Source: Verrucomicrobiota bacterium (GTDB lineage Bacteria; Verrucomicrobiota; Verrucomicrobiia; Opitutales; Opitutaceae). Taken from it: 32,000 bases of DNA. A model generated the notes under the pieces. The model saw only the letters and a program-made list of their open reading frames with translations. It searched no databases and had not been told where the DNA came from. Every line of letters starts with the position of its first letter. The first letter of the stretch is position 1. Positions 25,910 through 32,000 of this stretch are shown piece by piece. The stretch lies in contig JAEYUW010000029.1 in the NCBI GenBank assembly GCA_023432225.1, positions 43,027 to 75,026 on the forward strand. The letters run 5' to 3'. Position numbers and translations under genes: made by a program.

Positions 25910-26860
25910 TCAGCTCGTCACTTCCTGCCGCGCCTTTTCGGCCAGCGCGGTCGAGAGGTAACGTTCGCCGAAGCTCGGCGCGATCGTGACGATCGTCTTA
26001 CCCGCGAATTCCGGGCGCTTCGCGAGCTGAAGTGCAGCCCAGATGTTCGCGCCGGTCGAAATGCCGCCCAGGATGCCTTCCTTCAACGCGGCTTCGCGCG
26101 ACGTGTTGAACGCATCGTCATCCGCGACGGTGATGACTTCATCGATCACCGCGCGATTAAACACCTTCGGGATAAAGCCGGCGCCGATGCCCTGAATCTT
26201 GTGCTTGCCCGGCTGACCGCCGGAAATGACCGGACTCGTCACCGGCTCGACGGCGACGGTGTGCAGCTTGGTGCGTGACTTGATCACTTCGGACACTCCC
26301 GTGATCGTGCCACCCGTGCCGACGCCCGCGACGAACGCGTCGATCTTGCCGCCGGTCGCCGCCCAAATTTCCTCGGCCGTGGTCTTGCGGTGCACCTCGG
26401 GGTTGGCGGGATTCTCGAATTGCTGCGGCATGAAACCCTTGTCGCCCTGTTGCGCGAGGATCTCGTTCGCCTTGGCGATGGCGCCCTTCATGCCTTCCGC
26501 GCCGGGCGTGAGCACGATCTCCGCGCCGAGCATGCGCAACAGCACGCGGCGCTCGACCGACATCGTTTCCGGCATCGTGAGGATCAGTTTGTAGCCGCGC
26601 TGCGCCGCCACGAAGGCCAGCGCGATGCCCGTGTTGCCCGAGGTCGGCTCGACGATGATGGTTCCCGGCTTGATCTTCCCCTCGCGCTCGCCGGCCTCGA
26701 TCATCGCGCGGCCGATGCGGTCCTTGACGCTCGCCAGCGGGTTGAAGAACTCCGCCTTCACGTAGACGTTGCCGGGCAGACCGGCCGCCAGGCGGTTGAG
26801 TTTGATCAGAGGGGTGTTTCCGACGGTTGCGACGATATCGTTAAAGACTAGTGAGGACAT
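25910..26860 (-). CDS. cysK: Cysteine synthase A (O-acetylserine sulfhydrylase)
   Basis: Start is the ATG at 26860 ([24 protein letters not shown]), residue 19 of track ORF 25910..26914. PLP-lysine motif NPLASVKDR and the GTGGTITG loop. Confidence 0.93.
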   Translation of the reverse strand: MSSLVFNDIVATVGNTPLIKLNRLAAGLPGNVYVKAEFFNPLASVKDRIGRAMIEAGEREGKIKPGTIIVEPTSGNTGIALAFVAAQRGYKLILTMPETMSVERRVLLRMLGAEIVLTPGAEGMKGAIAKANEILAQQGDKGFMPQQFENPANPEVHRKTTAEEIWAATGGKIDAFVAGVGTGGTITGVSEVIKSRTKLHTVAVEPVTSPVISGGQPGKHKIQGIGAGFIPKVFNRAVIDEVITVADDDAFNTSREAALKEGILGGISTGANIWAALQLAKRPEFAGKTIVTIAPSFGERYLSTALAEKARQEVTS

Positions 26861-26932
26861 GACCTTTACTAAATTCACCACGTCACGCGCGTCAAACGCG
26901 TAATCGGCAGACAACAGTGCGGTCCGGTCGGG

Positions 26933-27007
26933 AAAGTAGGGCCGGTCTCTGACCGGTCCTAGTGCACTCTCGCACCGCTTGGGCCAGTCACAGACTGGCC
27001 CTACTTT
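26933..27007. repeat. REP-like palindrome doublet (AAAGTAGGGCCGGTC..GACCGGTCC and its inverted partner)
   Basis: Unit 1 is 26933-26962, with hairpin GGGCCGGTC-TCT-GACCGGTCC. Unit 2 is 26981-27007, with hairpin GGGCCAGTC-ACA-GACTGGCCC followed by TACTTT. The rrf2 stop codon (27006-27008) lies inside the TACTTTA tail. Confidence 0.8.
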
Positions 27008-27419
27008 AGATGTAATACATCTCGGCCTCGGTCTTCGCGGCGAGAGCCTCGACCGTGTAGGCGCGCGCGCGGGTCACGGCGGCCGCGCGCACGTCGTTCC
27101 AAATCTGCTTCATCTTGCGGCCGGACTTCCCTTCGAAGTTGCCGCTCAGCTCCATCAGGTCGCCCTCGATCGCCTGCACGATATCGAAGAGCGTGATCTG
27201 GTCGGGTGCCCGCGCGAGCAGGAAGCCGCCTTGCACGCCGCGCCGGCTCACGACGAGTTTCGCGTTTTTCAACTCACCGAGAATCTGTGCGAGGAAGTTT
27301 GCCGGCACAGCTTCGCTTTGCGCCAAGTCATCGATGCGCACCGGCTCGCCGCTCTCGTAGTGACGCGCGAGCTCGCACAAGATGCGACACGAGTAGTCGA
27401 GTTTGACCGGGATCTTCAC
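27006..27419 (-). CDS. Rrf2 family transcriptional regulator, cluster-less CymR-like
   Basis: GTG at 27419 ([33 protein letters not shown]...), residue 32 of track ORF 27006..27512. It has the typical Rrf2 N-terminal wHTH. There are no Cys ligands in the region where IscR/NsrR bind Fe-S. It lies directly upstream of cysK. Confidence 0.85.
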   Translation of the reverse strand: MKIPVKLDYSCRILCELARHYESGEPVRIDDLAQSEAVPANFLAQILGELKNAKLVVSRRGVQGGFLLARAPDQITLFDIVQAIEGDLMELSGNFEGKSGRKMKQIWNDVRAAAVTRARAYTVEALAAKTEAEMYYI

Positions 27420-27492
27420 GGGCGATGACCGTAAAGTCCGCCGCCGAGGCGCGGCAAACCGAATCCCGCGCCACGTGGCGCCACCGCTGAAA

Positions 27493-27559
27493 TGTAATCC
27501 ATTAGATGACAAACGCCGCGGGAGCGCACGGCGGTCGGAATGTCATCTAATGGATTACA
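27493..27559. repeat. Perfect 19-bp AT-rich inverted repeat with a 29-nt spacer
   Basis: TGTAATCCATTAGATGACA (27493-27511) and TGTCATCTAATGGATTACA (27541-27559). The spacer contains a further CGCCG/CGGCG pairing. It lies between the cysN stop and the rrf2 start. Confidence 0.85.
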
Positions 27560-27575
27560 CTTTGGTCTCACGCGC

Positions 27576-28937
27576 TCAGATCGTGTAGTCGGCGAACTCC
27601 GCGCGCACGGCCTCGGACGGCGCGTGGAGCATGCCGGCGCCGAGCGTCGCATGCGTATCGGGATCGATCAGGATGAACGATCCCGTCAGACGATTGCTCG
27701 CGTAGCCGTCGAAGAAGACCGGCTTTGCGGTGCGCAGGCGCACTTCACCGAGGTCATTCAGCACCAGTTCGGTCGGCCCCTCGCGCAGCTCGAACGTCTC
27801 GAGGTCGAGGCGGTGCGTGAGTTCGCTGATGATCACCGGCGTCGTGGCGGTCGTGTGCTTCAGCAGCAGCTTGCGGCCGCGTTGGAGTGCGCGCGGATTC
27901 ATCCAGCACAACTGCGCACGCAGGTCAGTGCTGCCGCCGGGCAGGTCGTCGGTGCGCACGATCATCGAGCCGCGCGATACGTCGACGTCGTGCTCGAGCA
28001 CGAGCGTGACGGATTGCGGCGCGAAGGCTTCCTGTAGATCGCCGCTGAAGGTGTGGATGCGCTTCACGCGCGTCGTGACGCCCGCGGGCAGCACGAGCAC
28101 TTTGTCGCCGACGCGCACGATGCCGCCGGCAATCTGGCCGCTGACGCCGCGGAAATCGTGGAGCGAGGCGTCGCCGGGGCGATTCGGCCGGTTGACCCAC
28201 TGCACGGGCAGGCGGAATTGTTCGAGGTTGTGATCGCTGCCGATGTGCACCGTCTCGAGGTGCGCGAGCAGCGTCGGGCCAGGATACCACGGCGTGCACG
28301 GCGACGGCGCGACGACGTTGTCGCCGTTCAGCGCGCTCATCGGGATGAACTTCACGTCCTTGATGCCGAGGCGCGGCAGGAATTTTTCGAACTCGCCGCG
28401 AATCTCGTTGAAGCGCGCTTCGCTCCAATCGACGAGGTCCATCTTGTTTACCGCAACGACGAGATGCGGGATGCGCAACAGCCCCGCGATAGCGGCGTGG
28501 CGGCGGCTCTGCTCGATCACGCCGGCGCGCGCGTCGACGAGCACGATCGAGAGGTTCGCCGTGCTCGCGCCGGTGACCATGTTGCGCGTGTATTGAACGT
28601 GGCCCGGCGTGTCCGCGACAATGAAGCGGCGCCGCGGCGTGGCGAAGTAGCGATAAGCGACGTCAATCGTGATACCCTGCTCGCGCTCGGCGCGGAGTCC
28701 GTCGGTGAGGTTGGCGAGATTGACGCGGCCACCGCCGGTGAGATCGGCGGAGCGCTCGAGCGCTTCGACCTGGTCATCCATCAGCGACTTCGAGTCGTAG
28801 AGGAGCCGGCCGATGAGCGTCGACTTGCCGTCGTCGACTGAGCCGCACGTGTTGAAACGCAGCAGATCGATCGCGGGAACGGCGGGTTGAGCCGGACGCG
28901 AGCCGGCGGTGGGAGATTCGAGAACTTCGGAAACCAT
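27576..28937 (-). CDS. cysN: Sulfate adenylyltransferase subunit 1 (GTPase CysN), without a fused APS kinase domain
   Basis: Start is the ATG at 28937 (MVSEVLES...LRFNTCGSVDDGKSTLIGRLL), residue 102 of track ORF 27576..29240; the extension would overlap cysD. G-motifs GSVDDGKST, DTPGH and NKMD. 453 aa, ending after the EF-Tu-like domains. Confidence 0.92.
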   Translation of the reverse strand: MVSEVLESPTAGSRPAQPAVPAIDLLRFNTCGSVDDGKSTLIGRLLYDSKSLMDDQVEALERSADLTGGGRVNLANLTDGLRAEREQGITIDVAYRYFATPRRRFIVADTPGHVQYTRNMVTGASTANLSIVLVDARAGVIEQSRRHAAIAGLLRIPHLVVAVNKMDLVDWSEARFNEIRGEFEKFLPRLGIKDVKFIPMSALNGDNVVAPSPCTPWYPGPTLLAHLETVHIGSDHNLEQFRLPVQWVNRPNRPGDASLHDFRGVSGQIAGGIVRVGDKVLVLPAGVTTRVKRIHTFSGDLQEAFAPQSVTLVLEHDVDVSRGSMIVRTDDLPGGSTDLRAQLCWMNPRALQRGRKLLLKHTTATTPVIISELTHRLDLETFELREGPTELVLNDLGEVRLRTAKPVFFDGYASNRLTGSFILIDPDTHATLGAGMLHAPSEAVRAEFADYTI

Positions 28938-28952
28938 TCGAGAATTGAAACT

Positions 28953-28979
28953 GGGCCGGTCGGAGACCGGCCCTACTTT
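28953..28979. repeat. REP-like hairpin, single unit
   Basis: GGGCCGGTC-GGA-GACCGGCCC followed by TACTTT. It fills most of the 41-nt cysD-cysN gap, and its tail runs into the cysD stop codon (28979-28981). Confidence 0.8.
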
Positions 28980-29881
28980 TAGAAATAGCCGGCCTTCTTG
29001 CGGTCTTCCATGGCGGCTTCGGAGGCGCGATCGTCGGCGCGCGAACCGCGCTCGGTCACGCGAGCAGCGGCGACTTCGGCGATGATGTCGTCGACGTGAT
29101 CCGCGGGCGACTCGATCATGCCCGTGGAGATGATATCGCCAATGGTGCGGACCCGGACGCGGAGCTCCTCCACCCGTTCGCCGGGCTGAGGCGGCACCAA
29201 ATCCGTGACCGGCAACCATTGGCCGCCACGACGCACACAACTACGCCGATGGCTGAAATAGATGCTCGGCACCTCGAGCTGCTCGCGCCGGATGTATTCC
29301 CAGACGTCGAGTTCGGTCCAGTTGCTGAGCGGAAACACGCGCATGTTTTCGCCGGGACTGAGGCGCGCGTTGTAAAGATTCCAGAGCTCGGGGCGCTGGT
29401 TCTTCGGGTCCCATTGACCGAACTGGTCGCGGTAACTGAAGAAGCGCTCCTTCGCGCGCGCCTTCTCCTCGTCGCGCCGCGCGCCGCCGATCAAACAGTC
29501 AAAGCGGAACTCCTCCACCGCCGCGAGCAGCGTCGGAATCTGGAGACGGTTGCGCGAAATCTCGCCCTTGGCCGGCGTCGCGATGCCATTCGCGATCGCG
29601 TCTTCGACCTTGCGAATGATGAGCCGCGCTTCGAGCTGCGCGGCACGGCGATCGCGAAAATCGTTCAGCTCCGGGAAATGGTGACCGGTGTCGACGTTGA
29701 GCAGCGGCATCGGCAGCTCCGACGGGCGGAACGCTTTTTCCGCCAGACGCAGCAAGCAGATCGAGTCCTTGCCGCCGGAAAACAAAATCGCCGGACGGTC
29801 GAACTCGCCCGCGACTTCGCGCATGACGTGGATCGCTTCGGTCTCGAGCCAGTCGAGGTGATCGAGGTGATAGGAACTCAT
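28979..29881 (-). CDS. cysD: Sulfate adenylyltransferase subunit 2
   Basis: Track ORF, 300 aa. LDWLETEAIHVMREVAGEFDRPAILFSGGKDSICLLRLAEKAF closely parallels enterobacterial CysD. Confidence 0.95.
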   Translation of the reverse strand: MSSYHLDHLDWLETEAIHVMREVAGEFDRPAILFSGGKDSICLLRLAEKAFRPSELPMPLLNVDTGHHFPELNDFRDRRAAQLEARLIIRKVEDAIANGIATPAKGEISRNRLQIPTLLAAVEEFRFDCLIGGARRDEEKARAKERFFSYRDQFGQWDPKNQRPELWNLYNARLSPGENMRVFPLSNWTELDVWEYIRREQLEVPSIYFSHRRSCVRRGGQWLPVTDLVPPQPGERVEELRVRVRTIGDIISTGMIESPADHVDDIIAEVAAARVTERGSRADDRASEAAMEDRKKAGYF

Positions 29882-29929
29882 CGATTCAGAAGGAGCGCTG
29901 ATTCGGCGGCGAATGATGCGACGCGAGCC

Positions 29930-30011
29930 GTAGGGCCGGTTTCCAACCGGCCCATCGAACGCGCGTCCACGGGCTTAAGTCCATGGACCGGTCGAAGACC
30001 GGTCCTACTTT
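29930..30011. repeat. REP-like palindrome doublet
   Basis: Unit 1 is GTAGGGCCGGTT-TCC-AACCGGCCC (29930-29953). Unit 2 is GGACCGGTC-GAA-GACCGGTCC followed by TACTTT (29985-30011). It lies in the cysH-cysD intergenic gap. Confidence 0.8.
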
Positions 30012-30047
30012 CCGCGCGCGCGCGGCGTTGAATTTTCGCTGTGCGGT

Positions 30048-30734
30048 TCATTTGCTCGCGACCTCCGCGCCGACTTCCGCGAGCGCCCGTTTGCCCCACG
30101 CGGCGTGCAGGCCGCACTCGCGCTTTTGGTCGCCTTTCGCCGGATCGTAGTAATCGAACTCGTTCGGCAGCGCGTGCTCGCGCAGATAGGTTTCGAGCTG
30201 CGCGTCGTCCCAATAGAAAAACGGGCTGACCTTGAGCGTTTGGAAATTCTCATCCCATGCCACGAGATCGAGCGCGGCGCGGTTCGCTGTCTGGTCGCGC
30301 CGCAGCGCGGTGAGCCACACGGTCGGCGCGAGCTCGCGCATGCCGCGTTGAAACGGCTCAAGCTTCATCTGCGCGCTGAACGCCTTCATCGCCGGCTCGT
30401 CGGTCGGGTCCGGCACCGGTCCGTGCAGCGCCTCGCGGTGCGCGACGGTCACGCGCGGGAGATAAGCGTGGATGTTCAGTTTCAACTTGGCGCGCAACTC
30501 CTCCGCGTGGCGGTAGGTCGCAGGGCGGTTGTAGCCGTGATCGACCCAGAGCACGCGAATGTCGGGTTGGATTTGCGTCGCGAGGTGCAGGATCGCCGCC
30601 TCATACGGACGGAAATTCGTGGAAACGATCGCGCGCCCTGCGCCGTGCTGGATGGCCCAGCGCGCGATTTCGAGCGGCGTGCGGGTGCGCAGATCGGCGT
30701 TCCACTGCGCGATTTGTTCGGAAGAAATCGACAT
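30048..30734 (-). CDS. cysH: Phosphoadenosine phosphosulfate (PAPS) reductase family protein, cluster-less CysH type
   Basis: Start is the ATG at 30734 (MSISSEQIAQWNADL...), residue 19 of track ORF 30048..30788. It has a C-terminal KRECGLH motif. That motif holds the only Cys in the protein. Confidence 0.88.
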   Translation of the reverse strand: MSISSEQIAQWNADLRTRTPLEIARWAIQHGAGRAIVSTNFRPYEAAILHLATQIQPDIRVLWVDHGYNRPATYRHAEELRAKLKLNIHAYLPRVTVAHREALHGPVPDPTDEPAMKAFSAQMKLEPFQRGMRELAPTVWLTALRRDQTANRAALDLVAWDENFQTLKVSPFFYWDDAQLETYLREHALPNEFDYYDPAKGDQKRECGLHAAWGKRALAEVGAEVASK

Positions 30735-30801
30735 GGGGAAAGGTGGTAGGGCGAATCGTCCCGGTGAGCCGCGGCTCGGCGGGGACATTCGCCCGACCTG
30801 T

Positions 30802-32000
30802 TTAGTGAGTTGGCGCAGGTGTGACGGACGGTGCAGACGTAGCAGCAGCGGCGGCCGCGGCCGCGGCGGCGAGTTCCGGAAACACGACGCGATCGGTAAA
30901 CGCGCCGAAGCGCTCGCCGGGCAAACGCTCGTCGCGCCAGCGGCGCAGGAGCGGGCCGATTTCCTTCATGATATCCTCGCGCTTCACGCTCGCGCGGTAT
31001 TCGCGATTGAGGCGCAGCGACGCTTCGTCGCCGCCGAAGTAGATGTTGTATTTGTTCGGGGCGCGGCCGACGAAGCCGATCTCAGCCATGTAGGGGCGCA
31101 CGCAGCCGTTCGGGCAACCGGTCATGCGCACGATGATTTCCTCGTCAGCGAGGCCGAGTGCCGCGAGTTCGCGCTCGAAGTCGTCGAGAATGCCCGGCAG
31201 CGCGCGTTCGCTCTCAGCCAGACCGAGGCCGCACGTCGGCATGGACGGGCAGGCCATCGAGGCGCGACGCACCGCGCCGGCTTGGTTTTGGACCGGAATG
31301 CCGTGCTCCGCGAGCAGCGCAGTGACGTCGTCGCGCGCGGCTTCAGCAACGTTGGCGAGGACGAGATTCTGCGAGGGCGTGAGGCGCACCTCGACGCGGT
31401 GTTTTTCGACGATGCGGCGAAGTGCGGTCTTCAGCTGGCGCGTCGGCGTGTCCTTCACGCGGCCCGTCTCGACGTAGAGACCGAGGAAATGGCGCCCGTC
31501 CGTCTGACGGTGCCAGCCAAACAGATCGCCCTGCTTCGTGAAGCGCATCGGACGCGCCTCCTCGAGGCGGAAGCCAGCGCGCTGCTCCACTTGTTCGCGG
31601 AACCACGCGGCGCCCTTTTCCTCGAGCACGTATTTCAGGCGCGCGTGCTTGCGGTTGGCGCGGTCGCCGTGATCGCGGTAGGCGATCAGCACAGCTTTAG
31701 CGACGTCGACGAGACGCGCGCGCGGGAAGAAGCCGAGCACGTCGGCCACGCGCGGATAGGTTTCCTTGTTGCCGTGCGACATGCCCATGCCGCCGCCGGC
31801 GAGCAGATTGTAGCCGAGCACCCGCGCGGGATTCGCCGGATCAGGGATCGCGACGAAGCCGAGGCAGTTCGTGAAAATGTCGACGTCGTTCAACGGCGGG
31901 ATCGCGAACGCGGTCTTGAATTTGCGCGGCAGATACTGGCGACCGTAAAGCGGATCCTCGACGGGCGTCGCGGCTTCGTTGCCGAGTTTCACCTCGTTGC
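30802..32000 (-). CDS. cysI: Assimilatory sulfite reductase hemoprotein (siroheme / 4Fe-4S), C-terminal ~399 aa; the 5' end lies beyond the window
   Basis: The frame stays open upstream of the track's GTG at 31992. YLPRKFKTAFAIPPLNDVDIF, MACPSMPTCGLGLAESER and TGCPNGCVRP are the siroheme/Fe-S cysteine motifs. I cannot tell from this fragment whether the enzyme is NADPH-dependent or ferredoxin-dependent. Confidence 0.88.
   Translation of the reverse strand, partial: NEVKLGNEAATPVEDPLYGRQYLPRKFKTAFAIPPLNDVDIFTNCLGFVAIPDPANPARVLGYNLLAGGGMGMSHGNKETYPRVADVLGFFPRARLVDVAKAVLIAYRDHGDRANRKHARLKYVLEEKGAAWFREQVEQRAGFRLEEARPMRFTKQGDLFGWHRQTDGRHFLGLYVETGRVKDTPTRQLKTALRRIVEKHRVEVRLTPSQNLVLANVAEAARDDVTALLAEHGIPVQNQAGAVRRASMACPSMPTCGLGLAESERALPGILDDFERELAALGLADEEIIVRMTGCPNGCVRPYMAEIGFVGRAPNKYNIYFGGDEASLRLNREYRASVKREDIMKEIGPLLRRWRDERLPGERFGAFTDRVVFPELAAAAAAAAAATSAPSVTPAPTH

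Noticed and set aside
25433-26278. ORFs in the cysE-cysK spacer (25433-26278 plus strand, 25471-25851 plus strand, 25361-25728 minus strand)
   Set aside because: They read through inverted repeats, which gives mirror peptides such as PANCANSRE on both strands. One overlaps cysK antisense. None has a family resemblance, so the repeats explain the open frames.
3034-29240. N-terminal extensions offered by the ORF track (3034-4941, 5777-6892, 10164-, 13830-, 17045-, 18492-, 19916-, 25910-26914, 27006-27512, 27576-29240, 30048-30788)
   Set aside because: The extensions overlap upstream genes or repeats, are Arg-rich, and precede obvious native N-termini: signal peptides, MCTRYSL, or conserved family starts. 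I used internal starts instead. The exact start codons remain uncertain for 1643-3037, 10413 and 24474.
26933-30011. Whether the regularly recurring palindromes could be a CRISPR array
   Set aside because: The units are inverted, not direct. The sequences between them are whole genes of very different lengths, and there are no cas genes. This is a REP-like family, not CRISPR.

Overview
High-GC, densely coding bacterial chromosomal window. By eye it is roughly two-thirds G+C; I could not compute this. Gene content and repeat style suggest a Verrucomicrobiota/Opitutales-like organism, but that is a low-confidence guess. I support 29 protein genes, 2 tRNAs and several families of intergenic palindromic repeats. 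I found no rRNA, CRISPR array, transposase, integrase or prophage genes.

Layout:
- recN (partial) and tRNA-Val.
- An 8.4-kb minus-strand operon. A ribose-type ABC importer (SBP, DUF2291-like, ATPase, permease) is linked by overlapping stop/start codons to two exported DUF1593 nucleoside-hydrolase-like paralogues and a PL10-like toroid protein. A divergent 1135-aa secreted glycosidase-like protein lies next to it.
- An SRAP peptidase.
- A pyrimidine operon pyrR-pyrB-[inserted cassette]-pyrC. It has a leader terminator. A GxxExxY / PD-(D/E)xK gene bounded by 25-nt perfect inverted repeats sits between pyrB and pyrC.
- A secreted single-HKD PLD nuclease, a CPBP protease, thiL and tsaE.
- A P-loop NTPase and a 674-aa RGG-rich modular protein of unknown function; tRNA-Leu.
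- A sulfur assimilation / cysteine cluster: cysE, facing cysK-rrf2-cysN-cysD-cysH-cysI. Every intergenic gap in it carries a palindromic repeat.

The items I consider most worth follow-up are the TIR-bounded GxxExxY cassette, the RGG-rich protein, the importer plus exported-enzyme operon, and the repeat families.

All family assignments come from motif recognition by eye, not from searches. Most long ORFs in the supplied track that lie antisense to or out of frame with these genes are high-GC artefacts.
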